Assembly: GCA_910578195.1 (NCBI GenBank) | Contig: CAJTOY010000001.1 | Coordinates: 422,040-486,039 of the forward strand | Direction: 5' to 3' | From: an uncultured Christensenella sp. | GTDB taxonomy: Bacteria; Bacillota; Clostridia; Christensenellales; Borkfalkiaceae | Length of the DNA stretch: 64,000 nt | Shown: positions 55,501 through 64,000 of the stretch, piece after piece | How the letters are laid out: each line of letters begins with the position of its first letter | How positions within the stretch are numbered: the stretch's first letter is position 1 | Translations under genes and position numbers: made by a program | Notes under the pieces: model-generated | Database searches by the model: none | Told to the model about the DNA's origin: nothing | Seen by the model: only the letters and a program-made list of their open reading frames with translations

Positions 55501-56185
55501 TGGGGTCGTCGAGCTGCTTTTTCATCTGTATGCACATCAGAACGTCCTGCATTTCGGCGTCCTCGCGTTTCAGATAATGCACATCGTTGGTCGCGACAAG
55601 CTCGACCCCTATCTCGTTCGCTAGCTTTATCAAAAGGGGCAGAATTCGCCTTTCTTCCTCTATGCCGTGGTCTTGTATCTCTATGTAGAAGTCATCCTTG
55701 AAGATATCCTTCATGTAAAGCGCAAGTTCCTTCGCGCCGTCGTAGTCGCCCGCAAGCAGCCGTCTCGGAATTCCGCCCGCAAGACATGCGGAAAGGCAAA
55801 TCACACCTTCGGAGTGCTCCTTTAAAACCTTATAATCGATTTTCGGCTTATAGTAAAAACCGTCCACGAACGCCATCGAGTCGAGCTGAACGAGGTTTAT
55901 ATAGCCCTTTCTGTTCTTGGCGAGCAAAATCAAATGCTCGGCAGTGTTCGAAGATTTGTCGTTCATATCTCTGGTAAGATAGAATTCGCAGCCGATTATG
56001 TATTTCAGCCCCGCAACCGCCGCTTTTTCGGCGAGCTGTAAAGTGCCGTACATGTTGCCGTGGTCGGTAATACAGACGGTATCGATATCGTTCGCCTTGC
56101 AGTGCGCTATTAAATTGTCTATCTTGCACGCGCCGTCAAGCAGCGAGTATTCGGTGTGCAAATGCAAATGTATAAAATCAGTCAT
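52592..56185 (-). CDS. dnaE: DNA polymerase III alpha subunit DnaE
   Basis: N-terminal PHP domain (FIHLHLHTEYSLLDG), the polymerase core block PDFDIDF, and a C-terminal OB fold. 1197 aa. Shows the dnaE-pfkA synteny typical of Firmicutes. Confidence 0.95.
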   Translation of the reverse strand: MTDFIHLHLHTEYSLLDGACKIDNLIAHCKANDIDTVCITDHGNMYGTLQLAEKAAVAGLKYIIGCEFYLTRDMNDKSSNTAEHLILLAKNRKGYINLVQLDSMAFVDGFYYKPKIDYKVLKEHSEGVICLSACLAGGIPRRLLAGDYDGAKELALYMKDIFKDDFYIEIQDHGIEEERRILPLLIKLANEIGVELVATNDVHYLKREDAEMQDVLMCIQMKKQLDDPKRMKFSTDEFYFKTGDEMAALFPNLPKAISNTRVIADKVTEPAFNLNKKGYPEKDNTLIPTYTPPDGSTAVEYLRKLTAEGLKKRYGTPTRRELDRAEYELGIICGMGYADYYLVVWDFINWSKEQGIPVGPGRGSGVSSIVAYSIGITDVEPLQYDLLFERFLNPDRVSMPDFDIDFCTDRREETIEYVRRKYGFENVCQIVTFGTMAAKNSIKDVGRVMRVPYSETDRLTKIMDGKTSIGDLLGRRIAGVQSKFDAETDEDKKADLEGKLGELKAARNSEFCDIYETDDALRRVIDMALKIEGMPRQTGIHAAGVVICQKRIADNVPLSRNGDDITTQFVAKEIESLGMLKMDFLALVTLTDIKKCIDYIREDFNREIDFNVIGYEDAGAYGLISEGDTDGVFQLEAGGMKRFMKQLKPDRLEDLIAGVSLYRPGPMKFIDSFCNRKHGIEPIAYDCEAEKQILEVTYGIPVYQEQVMQIFQFLAGFSLGEADLVRRAMGKKDKKTLMAQKEKFINGGISDTNGSEIKGCVHNGIAADVANKIFGDMEGFASYAFNKSHAAAYAVLAYQTAWLKKYYCKEFICALLNNRLSKIDEITKYVLYLREKGYKVFPPDINKSKTVFTVENDGVRFGLSALKGAGQAVIDTIIEERTKNGNFKDFPDFISRCINVLNSRLVEGLIFAGAFDDMGVSRSRLALVYEQLCNRAKSISKQRNSAQMSLFGDVLEEESLEVTYPDIPEYELNEKLSKEKQVLGVYVSGHPFEKFMHAFPDCTFDCSYLDDYVEDEEGNRTYNRITDGMRVSMAGIIASFRRTTTKRTGSFMAFLNVEDVYGSMDCVCFPAVYEKCKGDIANDKIIKVKGKLDVDAEKGISLIVDEIETVEAEGIRSESAEVKKSEPVLWLNAGKLDDETFDEFVNMISGYEGNTVCKIVRGSKRYKMPNGVNYCRGLLAELSAFIDTEDIKFVDKT

Positions 56186-56192
56186 GTATACC

Positions 56193-57149
56193 TCAATCCT
56201 TCCCCAGCGATTTAGCGAGTTCGAGAATTCTTCTCATTCTGTGGTTTAAACAGCTTTTCGAAAGGTTCAGTCTCTCCGCAAGCTCCTGCATGGACGCGTT
56301 TTTATCCGCAAGCCGCGCTTCGGCAACGTCGAAAAGCATTTTATCGAGGCTTTGAAGCCCGACCGTGCCCGAAATAATTTCTATTGCGCGGACCTGATTC
56401 ACCGAGGCCGTAACCGTCTTGTCTATGTTCGAAACCGAACAGTTGTTGACTCTGTTCGCGTTGTTCGTTCTGTCCTTGATTTCAACAATTTTATTCAGCT
56501 TTTCAAGACAGCCGTGCGCCGAAACAAGGTTTAAAACGTCGGAGATAACCTCCTTGCTTTTGACGTACACGACCGCCGAATCCTTGCGGGATACAAGCTT
56601 TGCGAGTATCTCGAAGTCGCATAAAAGACTGCAAAAATCGCTTGCGGCTATCTTGTTGGAAAACACTATTTCAAGGTGGTAGCCCGTGCGGCTGTAAACT
56701 CCCTCTTCGGGAAGTGTACAGCTTCCGCCGCCGAGGAACGCGCCCGAAACGTAAGCGGCTTTGCAGCACTCCTTTTCAAGCGGGGTTTCGTCTATGCCGA
56801 GGTTTAAAAATGTTTCGCCGTTTTCCTCGCGGATAATACCGGCTTCCGCCAGCAATTTTTTCGAAAGCGCGCCCACACACTCGAACGTAAGCTTGTCCCG
56901 CCCGCTCATTACATCGAATTTAGCGCCCGTCACGGTCAGTCTGAGCCCGAACGTGTTTTCGAGTATGTCCGAAATATATTCCGCAGTGCTTTCGTTTTCG
57001 GTAATTATTTCGAAGCCGAAATCGCCGCCGCGCGAAACGACGCTTCCGCTGGTGCGGATAAACGCCGATATAAGCGCAAGGCGGCAACACCTCTCTTCGG
57101 GAAGGGACGACGCTATTTCGTTTTTTATCTCTTCGGTAAAATTCTGCAT
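56193..57149 (-). CDS. whiA: DNA-binding protein WhiA
   Basis: FTEEIKNEI...CCRLALISAFIRTSG, LAGLIDADG-like central repeats and a C-terminal HTH (LNLSKSCLNHRMRRILELA). The track start is TTG 57179; I prefer ATG 57149. Confidence 0.85.
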   Translation of the reverse strand: MQNFTEEIKNEIASSLPEERCCRLALISAFIRTSGSVVSRGGDFGFEIITENESTAEYISDILENTFGLRLTVTGAKFDVMSGRDKLTFECVGALSKKLLAEAGIIREENGETFLNLGIDETPLEKECCKAAYVSGAFLGGGSCTLPEEGVYSRTGYHLEIVFSNKIAASDFCSLLCDFEILAKLVSRKDSAVVYVKSKEVISDVLNLVSAHGCLEKLNKIVEIKDRTNNANRVNNCSVSNIDKTVTASVNQVRAIEIISGTVGLQSLDKMLFDVAEARLADKNASMQELAERLNLSKSCLNHRMRRILELAKSLGKD

Positions 57150-57150
57150 A

Positions 57151-57927
57151 TTATAATTTTTCCGCTTTATATTCGGCAAATCTGAATTTGGGCAGTCTGC
57201 CGTCGATATTGTCTATCTGCTCCAAGGGCACGGAGGCTTGCGCAAGAATTTCTTCGGCAATCTTCGTGTCGCCCACTCTGCTTGCGGAATGCGCGTCGGA
57301 GTCAATCACGAACCGCACTCCCGTCGCCGCCATCATGTTCAGCTCCTCTGCGGAGACGTGGCGCTTTTTGGTGTTTATCTCTATATATGTGCCGTAGTCC
57401 GCGCAGCATTTCGCAACCTCTTCCAAGTTACAGCAGCATTTGAAATTTATGTGCGTGATTATGTCTATCGGGTTGTTTTTGATAATGTTGATATACGCCT
57501 TGGTGGTGTTCTCGATAACCTTGTCCGAAGGTCTGCGCCCGAGCTTGTACGCCGAGTAATTCTTGATAAGAATTTTGTACATATCCGAAAAACTTTTATA
57601 GCGCAAAACCTCGTGAATTCCGCAGAGGTAAATATCGAAAAACCGCAAGTCGCTTTGCTTCATATCGGTTTCGCCGTCAATGGAAATCAAGTTGCTTTCC
57701 ATACCCATTAAAACGTTTATGCCGGTAAGCTTTTTCGCCTCTTCTATCTCGGCGCGAAGCGAAGAAAGCTTCTTGCGTTTCAGCCCGAACAGAATATGAT
57801 TAAAGCCGTGGTCGGTAATCGCAATCTCTTTAAGCCCCTTCGCTTTCGCCGCCACAGCGTTTTCAAGAACGGTGTTTTTACCGTGCGAATAGGGCGTATG
57901 GGTATGATAATCCGCTGTAAGATACAT
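57151..57927 (-). CDS. PHP-domain (histidinol-phosphatase family) metal-dependent phosphoesterase
   Basis: ADYHTHTPYSHG...ITDHG...DSDAH motif series. 258 aa. Confidence 0.75.
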   Translation of the reverse strand: MYLTADYHTHTPYSHGKNTVLENAVAAKAKGLKEIAITDHGFNHILFGLKRKKLSSLRAEIEEAKKLTGINVLMGMESNLISIDGETDMKQSDLRFFDIYLCGIHEVLRYKSFSDMYKILIKNYSAYKLGRRPSDKVIENTTKAYINIIKNNPIDIITHINFKCCCNLEEVAKCCADYGTYIEINTKKRHVSAEELNMMAATGVRFVIDSDAHSASRVGDTKIAEEILAQASVPLEQIDNIDGRLPKFRFAEYKAEKL

Positions 57928-58791
57928 CTAAAAATCTCCTATGTAAACAACCTCTTCTTCAAGCATTATTCCCGAACACTCATTAACTATTCGCTTGACT
58001 TCCTTTATAAGCGAATAAATATCTTCGGGTCTTGCGCCGTTGTTCAAAATAAAATTCGCGTGCTCGCGGCTCACCTCGGCGCCGCCTATGTTGAAGCCCT
58101 TTAAGCCCGCATCGTCGATTAGCTTTCCCGCGCTCAGTCCCTCGGGGTTTTTGAACACGCAGCCGCAGCTTTTACCCTTGGGGTGCCACTTGCGTTTTTC
58201 CAGAAACTCGCCGACGTTTTTTCTGACAATTTCACTGTTTACGGGCTTTACTTCGAGCCGAACGCCCAAAATAAGGCTGTTTATGTCACGCATAGTACTG
58301 TATTTATATCCGAAATTGCACTGCTTGTTGGAAAAATTGCGGATTTTGCCGTCAAACAGCTTCACGCCGATAACGTTGTCGCAGATATATTTTCCGCCCG
58401 CACCGCCGTTCATATACACTAATCCTCCCACCGTCGCGGGTATCCCCGCAAGGTGTTCGAGCCCCGACAATCCGTTATCGATACAGTATTTTAACAGCGC
58501 GCCGACCTTCGTTCCCGCACGGCAAAAAATCGAATTCCCGTAACGGTATATTCCCTTCAAGCCCTTCGTGCAAATGACCGCGCCGTCAAAATGTTTGCCC
58601 GAAGCCAAAACGTTGGAGCCGTTTCCGAGAGTTACGAACTTTATTTTGTTTGCCGTCAGATAGTTATAGACGGCTTCCGCCTGTCTTATGCTTTTGGGGA
58701 AATACGCGATATCCGCGCTCCCTCCGCAGCCGTAGGTAGTGTTCAACGAGAAGTTAAAATTCTTTTCCGATGGAACGTTTTCGATAATCAA
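57928..58791 (-). CDS. murB: UDP-N-acetylenolpyruvoylglucosamine reductase MurB
   Basis: FAD-binding block LGNGSNVL, the GAGG.. block and the C-terminal GSVFKNP-like CGCVFKNP. The start codon is TTG at 58791, and there is no early in-frame ATG. Confidence 0.85.
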   Translation of the reverse strand: MIIENVPSEKNFNFSLNTTYGCGGSADIAYFPKSIRQAEAVYNYLTANKIKFVTLGNGSNVLASGKHFDGAVICTKGLKGIYRYGNSIFCRAGTKVGALLKYCIDNGLSGLEHLAGIPATVGGLVYMNGGAGGKYICDNVIGVKLFDGKIRNFSNKQCNFGYKYSTMRDINSLILGVRLEVKPVNSEIVRKNVGEFLEKRKWHPKGKSCGCVFKNPEGLSAGKLIDDAGLKGFNIGGAEVSREHANFILNNGARPEDIYSLIKEVKRIVNECSGIMLEEEVVYIGDF

Positions 58792-58834
58792 CAGTCACCG
58801 CCTATATAATAACATTTTATTTTATTTTTTTCAA

Positions 58835-59731
58835 TTATTTAAGGGAAGTTTTCAACATATTTATGTCGCCGTCAGTAACGTATTTTTTTAATGAATTGAA
58901 CGTTTCGGCGCTGACGGGCGAAGCGAGTTTATATTCGAAGGACACTCCCTCCATTTGCCGCATTTCGTCGTCGAAGGTCACGCCGTCCGAAATCATGCCG
59001 AGCTTTCCTACCTCGCCCGTTCTCGATAAAAGATAGCTTATATATTTTTGCGCAAACTCTTTTTTCGGACTGTTTGAAACTATTGAAATATTCTGATATA
59101 GGTCGTTGAACGAAGTCACGGGCTGAACCTTGAAAGATACGCCGCGCGTTTTTAATCTGTAAACGTCGCGCTGGGTGCCGAGCAAATATTTAAAGTTGCC
59201 GTTTATGAGTTTGACGTATGCTCCCGTCGACTTGCCGAACTCCGCGCCTTGCAATCCGCAGAAAAGCGCCGCCGCGCCCGCAAGGTTATCCTTGCCCTCG
59301 TTTACGACAGTGTTCTCGGCGGTTACATCCGAGAAATCGCCGTCCAGCGTCAAAAGGCAGTACCCTCCGCGGCACCAGCAATCGAAGCCATAAATATAGC
59401 TTTCAATGCCGTAAGTACCCGCGCCGTATGAAATAATATCGGGCGCGTTCCCCTCCTTTAAGTTCAGTCTGGCGGCGGCTGCCGACAGAGAGACCACGGT
59501 GACATAGCAGTCGTTATTCTTCGCGAAGTCCTTTCCGATATTCATTAAAAAGTCCGCGCGCGAGCCCTTGCCGCCCTCGAAGCTGTCTATTTGCCAGACG
59601 CTTAAAACGGCTTCGCTTTGGTCGGCTTCGACCTTGTTTCGGGTAAACGCCATGCACGGAAACGCGATGAGCGCGGCAAGGCATAAAAGCATACATATTA
59701 CAACTCTGAGCTTGGGCAAAAATTTTTTCAT
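58835..59731 (-). CDS. secreted or membrane-anchored hypothetical protein
   Basis: MKKFLPKLRVVICMLLCLAALIAFPC is signal-like. I recognise no family. The start is uncertain, since no candidate start has a clear SD. Confidence 0.45.
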   Translation of the reverse strand: MKKFLPKLRVVICMLLCLAALIAFPCMAFTRNKVEADQSEAVLSVWQIDSFEGGKGSRADFLMNIGKDFAKNNDCYVTVVSLSAAAARLNLKEGNAPDIISYGAGTYGIESYIYGFDCWCRGGYCLLTLDGDFSDVTAENTVVNEGKDNLAGAAALFCGLQGAEFGKSTGAYVKLINGNFKYLLGTQRDVYRLKTRGVSFKVQPVTSFNDLYQNISIVSNSPKKEFAQKYISYLLSRTGEVGKLGMISDGVTFDDEMRQMEGVSFEYKLASPVSAETFNSLKKYVTDGDINMLKTSLK

Positions 59732-59906
59732 ATAATATTGTACTGCTTTAAACTGCCGAAAATTCATAGGGGAGCAACCGTATTGCACAGTCGCTCCCCA
59801 CGCTTATCTGCAAAAACGAAGAAAATCAGCGTTTTAACGGATAAGCTATATAATCAAAGCGTTTCCGCTTGTAACGTTAATTTGCGTAAGTTCAAATTTT
59901 TTATAC

Positions 59907-59938
59907 AAAAAACTCCGAAATTTAATCGGAGTTTTTTT
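59907..59938. terminator. Intrinsic terminator hairpin
   Basis: AAAAAACTCCGAAATTTAATCGGAGTTTTTTT. Confidence 0.8.
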
Positions 59939-60800
59939 ATTCGTATACGAAGCCTGCCGACCACAGTTTCAGCCCGAACCTTTCGGCGATATGCCCGCAC
60001 TTGCAATTGAATGCGTAAAATGCGTGATATCCCTCGCCGTACAGCGTTTCGAGATTGCCGAGCCCCTTTGAAATCACCACGTCGCTTTCGGTTAAAAGCT
60101 TTATGACCTCGGGGGTAACTTCTTTGACGTAAGTGCCCGGAATTCCCGTACCGTTGCCGATAACATGTGCAAATTCGCTCAGCCCGACCTCTTCCGCGTC
60201 GAATAAAGTTACGTCGTTGATAATCGCCGAGCCGCGCACGACCGAAGTCACCGAAATTTGCGGATACAAATTTTTTATTACGCGAATTAGAATTTTATCG
60301 AGGACAATTTCGCCGCAATTGTCGTGCAGACAGCACAATGTTTTTGCGGTTTTCAGTTTATCATTGAATTTTGCAAGCGTTGCTTTGTCTATTAGTGCGC
60401 TTTCCGAAGCCTTAATAACCGTTTTGACGCTGTCCTCGGTAAGATTGCTGAGGCGCGCAAAATCAATATAATTTGCCGTCAAGGCAAACTTCAACCCCTC
60501 TTCAATCTGGTCTGCGGAGGAAATTATACGCGCGTACAGCGCCTGCTCCATATTCAAAAGCAGTTTGTTAAAAAGGGATTTTTCGCGCGAGTAGTCTATG
60601 CCGCACCCGAAAATTTCGTTATGGCATCTGTCGATATCGCGCATCAACAGCGGCGCGCAGTAACCATCGGGCGCAGTATCGCAAATTTCTCTGACTCTGT
60701 TTTTGAAAATTGCGAGCTTTGCGCCGTCCTTCTGTTCCCTTTCGACTTTTTTCAGCTGACTGTTGAAAAGACAGTCTCTGCACTCGATGTCAAGCTGCAT
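59937..60800 (-). CDS. DUF89-family (damage-control phosphatase ARMT1-like) protein
   Basis: The N-terminal C..C motif (IECRDCLFNS), the GNLE-type block KGLGNLETL and a length of 287 aa match DUF89 as I recall it. Confidence 0.6.
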   Translation of the reverse strand: MQLDIECRDCLFNSQLKKVEREQKDGAKLAIFKNRVREICDTAPDGYCAPLLMRDIDRCHNEIFGCGIDYSREKSLFNKLLLNMEQALYARIISSADQIEEGLKFALTANYIDFARLSNLTEDSVKTVIKASESALIDKATLAKFNDKLKTAKTLCCLHDNCGEIVLDKILIRVIKNLYPQISVTSVVRGSAIINDVTLFDAEEVGLSEFAHVIGNGTGIPGTYVKEVTPEVIKLLTESDVVISKGLGNLETLYGEGYHAFYAFNCKCGHIAERFGLKLWSAGFVYE

Positions 60801-60809
60801 TTTCCGCTT

Positions 60810-61547
60810 TTATTCTACCTCTTCCACGGGAAGCTCGACGTTATGGAAAATATCCTGAACGTCGTCGAGTTCTTCGAGCTTGTCGAGCATTTTGGTGAAC
60901 GTTGCAAGCTTGTCTCCGTCGAGAGTTATATAGTTTTGCGGTACCATTTTGACCGCCGCCTCCAAGAAAGTAACGCCCTTGCCCTCGAAGTACTGTCTTA
61001 CCGATGAGAAGCTTTCTTGGGTCGTATAAATCTCGTAAACGTCGTCCTCGGCGACGAAGTCCTCGGCTTCGGCTTCGAGGCAGTATTCCATCATTGTGTC
61101 CTCGTCGAGCGCGACCGTTCTCTCGATTACGATAACGCCCTTGTTGTCGAACATGTACGAAACGCAGCCCGTGTTACCCATCTGACCGCCGCACTTGGAC
61201 ATTGCCGAGCGGATATCGCCCGCCGTTCTGTTTACGTTGTCGGTCAAGGTCTTTATAATGACTGCCGAGCCCGCTATGCCGTAGCCCTCGTAGGTGAGCT
61301 CCTTATAGTCCTTATCGCCCAGCTCGCCCGCGGCTTTCGCAATCGAGCGCTTGATATTTTCATTGGGCATATTCGCCGCCTTGGCTTTTGCGATAACGTC
61401 GGCGAGCTTGGAGTTGGTATCGGGGTTAGGGTTGCCCTTTGCCGCGACGGCAAGCTCCCTTCCTATTTTTGTGAACATTGCGCCGCGCGCCGCGTCGGTT
61501 TTGCCTTTTTTGGCTTGTATATTGTGCCATTTAGAATGTCCTGACAT
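60810..61547 (-). CDS. yebC: YebC/PmpR-family DNA-binding regulator
   Basis: [32 protein letters not shown] is the invariant YebC N-terminus. 245 aa. Confidence 0.9.
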   Translation of the reverse strand: MSGHSKWHNIQAKKGKTDAARGAMFTKIGRELAVAAKGNPNPDTNSKLADVIAKAKAANMPNENIKRSIAKAAGELGDKDYKELTYEGYGIAGSAVIIKTLTDNVNRTAGDIRSAMSKCGGQMGNTGCVSYMFDNKGVIVIERTVALDEDTMMEYCLEAEAEDFVAEDDVYEIYTTQESFSSVRQYFEGKGVTFLEAAVKMVPQNYITLDGDKLATFTKMLDKLEELDDVQDIFHNVELPVEEVE

Positions 61548-61549
61548 AT

Positions 61550-62287
61550 TTACACCTCACGATTTTTTATATTTTTTAGCGCGTACATCGCTATCCCCGC
61601 CGAAACCGCCGCGTTCAGGCTTTCGCACGTTTCGCGCATGGGGATTTTAACTGTGTAAGCCGCCTTCGATAATACTTCGTCGCTGATACCGCCGCCCTCG
61701 TTGCCTATGCAAAGGCAGTATTTTTCGGGCGGATTGAAGGCGAAAATGTTTTCGCCGTTCATGTCCGCGCAAATCAAGGGAACGTTGCCGAGCGCTTCGA
61801 AAACCTCTTCACGGGTGCCCGCAAAGAGTTTTACGAAAAATATCCCGCTCATGCTCGCGCGCACAGCCTTGGGCGAATACGGGTCGGCGCAATTTATGAG
61901 ATAAATTTCGCCGTAGCCCGCGGCGTTCGCCGTTCTGATTACCGTGCCTATGTTGCCCGGGTCTTGCAGACAGTCGAGCAAAAGGCAGTTCCCCTCGGGC
62001 GGTTTTAATTCGTTTTTCGGAATTTTGACCACCGCGAGCACGCCTTGCGGGGTCTTTTCGCACGAAATGCTTTTAAAAACCGCCTCGCTGACCACGACCG
62101 CGCCGTAAAAAGCGCCTTCGTTTTCGGGCGTGCAGATAATTTCGTCTATTTCACAGCCCGCGGCAATACATTCTTTAACGGACTTTATGCCCTCTACGAT
62201 GTACTTATTCAGCTGACGTCTGAATTTTTTATCCGCAAGCGAGGCAACGCTTTTGATAAGCTGATTGCTTTTTGAAGTTATTACCAT
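61550..62287 (-). CDS. TrmH/SpoU-family RNA 2'-O-methyltransferase
   Basis: SPOUT motifs [21 protein letters not shown] and [13 protein letters not shown]. 245 aa. Located downstream of rplT, as in many Firmicutes. Confidence 0.85.
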   Translation of the reverse strand: MVITSKSNQLIKSVASLADKKFRRQLNKYIVEGIKSVKECIAAGCEIDEIICTPENEGAFYGAVVVSEAVFKSISCEKTPQGVLAVVKIPKNELKPPEGNCLLLDCLQDPGNIGTVIRTANAAGYGEIYLINCADPYSPKAVRASMSGIFFVKLFAGTREEVFEALGNVPLICADMNGENIFAFNPPEKYCLCIGNEGGGISDEVLSKAAYTVKIPMRETCESLNAAVSAGIAMYALKNIKNREV

Positions 62288-62299
62288 TTTTCAAACATA

Positions 62300-62337
62300 A
62301 AAAATTAAGCCCGTTAAAGGCTTAATTTTCGTTTTTT
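62300..62337. terminator. Terminator hairpin after rplT
   Basis: ATTAAGCC-CGTTAAA-GGCTTAAT flanked by A- and T-runs. Confidence 0.7.
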
Positions 62338-62686
62338 ATAAAGCTTGTTTAGCCTTTGCCGCAAGCTCCGCAAAAGCCTTTTCGTCGTTTACCGCAAGCT
62401 CGGCAAGCACCTTTCTGTTGAGCGTGATGCCCGCGGTTTTAAGACCGTGCATAAACTTGGAATACGAAAGTCCGTTAATTCTCGCAGCGGCGTTGATACG
62501 CGCAATCCAAAGGCTGCGCATGTCGCGCTTTCTGAGCCTTCTGCCGATATAGGCATAGTTTAAGGACTTCATAACAGCTTGACGAGCAATTCTGTATGAC
62601 TTCGATTTGTTGCCGAAATAGCCTTTTGCAAGGCGCATTATCTTTCTACGCTTCTTCAAAGCGTTAACACTTCTTTTAATACGCAT
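62336..62686 (-). CDS. rplT: 50S ribosomal protein L20
   Basis: [25 protein letters not shown]...ARINAAAR is canonical L20. Confidence 0.97.
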   Translation of the reverse strand: MRIKRSVNALKKRRKIMRLAKGYFGNKSKSYRIARQAVMKSLNYAYIGRRLRKRDMRSLWIARINAAARINGLSYSKFMHGLKTAGITLNRKVLAELAVNDEKAFAELAAKAKQAL

Positions 62687-62703
62687 TATATCTTGTCCTC
62701 CTC

Positions 62704-62904
62704 TTAGTTCTTATAAGGAATCATAGCTTTTACGTTGGATTCCTGCGTAGTCGAAACAAGCGTATTCTGACGCAAATTTCTCTTTCTTTTTCTGTTTTTG
62801 GTTTCAGCCTTGTGGTTTTTTCCGCCGTGAGGTCTTTTAACCTTACCGGTCGAAGTAAGCCAGAAACGCTTTTTCGTGCCGCTGTGCGACTTCTGTTTAG
62901 GCAT
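62704..62904 (-). CDS. rpmI: 50S ribosomal protein L35
   Basis: [21 protein letters not shown] is canonical L35. 66 aa. Confidence 0.95.
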   Translation of the reverse strand: MPKQKSHSGTKKRFWLTSTGKVKRPHGGKNHKAETKNRKRKRNLRQNTLVSTTQESNVKAMIPYKN

Positions 62905-62940
62905 AATTTTTATCCTCCATTGAAATATTTTCTTTAATTT

Positions 62941-63459
62941 TTAAGATTTTACGGGGGAAAGCATCATTATGATATTTCTGCCTTCCGCGGTAGGTTTCTT
63001 ATCCTGAACCGCCTTTCCGTCTAAACCCGCAAAAAAGTCCTCCATGACCTTTACGCCCTGATAGGAACGCGCGTTTTCGCGCCCCTTCATTCTTATCGAA
63101 ACCTTGACCTTGTTGCCCGCCTCTAAGAATTTAAGGCACTGCTTTGTCTTGACCGCGATATCTCCGATATCGATTGTCATTGACAGACGGATTTCCTTAA
63201 TCTCGATAACCGTCTGATTTTTGCGGTTTTCCTTGTCCCTCTTCGCTTGCTCGTACTTGAATTTGGAATAGTCCATAATCTTGCATACGGGCGGGTTCGC
63301 GTTGGGGGAAATCTTAACCAAATCGAGCGCGGCTTCGTCGGCAAGACGCTGCGCGTCGCGGCTTGACATTACGCCGAGCATTGCGCCGTCGCTGCCGATT
63401 ACTCTGACTTCTCTATCGCGGATAGCTTCGTTGACGGAATATAAGTCCTTTATAATCAT
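62941..63459 (-). CDS. infC: Translation initiation factor IF-3
   Basis: INEAIRDREVRVIGSDGAMLGV...KEIRLSMTIDIGD...RMKGRE. The start is uncertain. ATG 63459 sits only 1 nt after GAGGTG, and the following ATT/ATA codons have better spacing. infC classically uses AUU. Confidence 0.9.
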   Translation of the reverse strand: MIIKDLYSVNEAIRDREVRVIGSDGAMLGVMSSRDAQRLADEAALDLVKISPNANPPVCKIMDYSKFKYEQAKRDKENRKNQTVIEIKEIRLSMTIDIGDIAVKTKQCLKFLEAGNKVKVSIRMKGRENARSYQGVKVMEDFFAGLDGKAVQDKKPTAEGRNIIMMLSPVKS

Positions 63460-63480
63460 ACACCTCTCAAAAATTTTCCC

Positions 63481-63593
63481 GAAAAAAATCGGGTTGCATT
63501 GCAACCCGAAATAATTCTAAGCCTTAAAAGCTTTTAATCATTATCTTGCCCGACGAACTTTCCGTGAGGCGAAAGGGGTTGCCTTTGCTTAAC
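63481..63593 (-). promoter_or_regulatory. infC-rpmI-rplT leader with an attenuator terminator (probable L20 leader)
   Basis: The leader is about 110 nt and ends in TCGGGTTGCAATGCAACCCGA plus T7 (63509-63481, minus strand), about 20 nt before the infC SD. Position and architecture match the Firmicutes L20-leader attenuation system. I did not verify the rRNA-mimic structure. Confidence 0.5.
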
Positions 63594-63599
63594 GATAAT

Positions 63600-63628
63600 A
63601 TATTAAACCTTTTTCAATTAAATGTCAA
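63600..63628 (-). promoter_or_regulatory. Candidate sigma-A promoter of the infC operon
   Basis: On the minus strand: TTGACA (63628-63623), 17-nt spacer, TAATAT (63605-63600). Confidence 0.55.
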
Positions 63629-63638
63629 ACGATTTTTA

Positions 63639-64000
63639 TTAAAAAATTATCTTTTTTGCATCTTCTTCTTTAACCTTTGCAACGAAGTCGGAAATTGAAA
63701 GCGTTTCCTTTTCCTCAACGCCGCGCTTGTTCACGTTGACCGTGCCGTCCTCCGCTTCCTTGTCGCCGACGACCAGAATATAAGGCACCTTTTCAAGCTT
63801 CGCTTCGCGGATTTTATAGCCGATTTTTTCACTGCGCTTGTCGACCTCGCAACGGATACCTTCGGCGGCAAGTTTGCTTGCAACACCCTCCGCATAGTCG
63901 AGCGTTCTGTCGGTTATGGGCAGAATTTTGACTTGTACGGGCGAAAGCCATACGGGGAATTTGCCCGCAAAATGCTCGATTAATATGCCGATAAACCTCT
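63639..64000 (-). CDS. thrS: Threonyl-tRNA synthetase, C-terminal (anticodon-binding) part; the 5' end lies outside the window
   Basis: The reverse-strand translation reads ..IGILIEHFAGKFPVWLSPVQVKILPITDRTLDYAEGVASKLAAEGIRCEVDKRSEKIGYKIREAKLEKVPYILVVGDKEAEDGTVNVNKRG..., ending at TAA 63639-63641. It is not in the ORF track because there is no start codon in the window. Confidence 0.85.
   Translation of the reverse strand, partial: RFIGILIEHFAGKFPVWLSPVQVKILPITDRTLDYAEGVASKLAAEGIRCEVDKRSEKIGYKIREAKLEKVPYILVVGDKEAEDGTVNVNKRGVEEKETLSISDFVAKVKEEDAKKIIF

Overview
The window looks like a chromosomal segment from a low-GC Gram-positive, Clostridia-like bacterium. This is inferred from whiA, DegV, dnaE-pfkA synteny, the many lipobox signal peptides and an attenuator-type infC-rpmI-rplT leader. 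From about 15.2 kb onward nearly all genes are on the minus strand.

Contents from left to right:
- 1-2550: a degenerate IS3-family element cut by the window edge, then a visibly AT-rich islet of small orphan ORFs.
- 2812-5815: a complete preQ0/preQ1 operon (queD-queE-folE-queC-queF) behind a promoter, a preQ1-I-like riboswitch and an attenuator.
- 6004-14852: a nonsense-split M24 peptidase, a MATE pump, an XRE-membrane fusion, DegV, gap, fba, murG and mntP.
- 14990-15200: a tRNA-Pro-like gene with an apparent AGG anticodon, preceded by two perfect 67-bp truncated tRNA copies.
- 15246-38061: a 22.8-kb co-directional fructan utilisation locus. It holds three GH32 enzymes, an ABC importer, LacI, a fructokinase and two non-catalytic surface proteins that together carry nine copies of an unassigned beta-sandwich module.
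- 38191-45208: two lipoprotein pectin-deesterifying enzymes (CE8 giant, CE12) that share a His/Cys-rich N-terminal module.
- 45411-47715: a DUF1538 membrane protein with two translationally coupled PII-like proteins.
- 47761-49970: an AraC-linked lipoprotein with eight tandem His/Cys repeats plus LRRs.
- 50025-64000: housekeeping genes (fruK-like, pfkA, dnaE, whiA, a PHP protein, murB, DUF89, yebC, a TrmH-family gene, rplT, rpmI, infC, and the thrS 3' end).

No CRISPR array, rRNA or recognisable defence system was seen. The most novel-looking items are the nine-module binding-protein pair, the extracellular His/Cys repeat family, the DUF1538/PII trio, the unusual tRNA locus, and a three-copy 73-75 nt intergenic repeat. 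The ORF track uses TTG/GTG as well as ATG starts. Where I moved a start codon I checked the codon and ribosome-binding site by eye.
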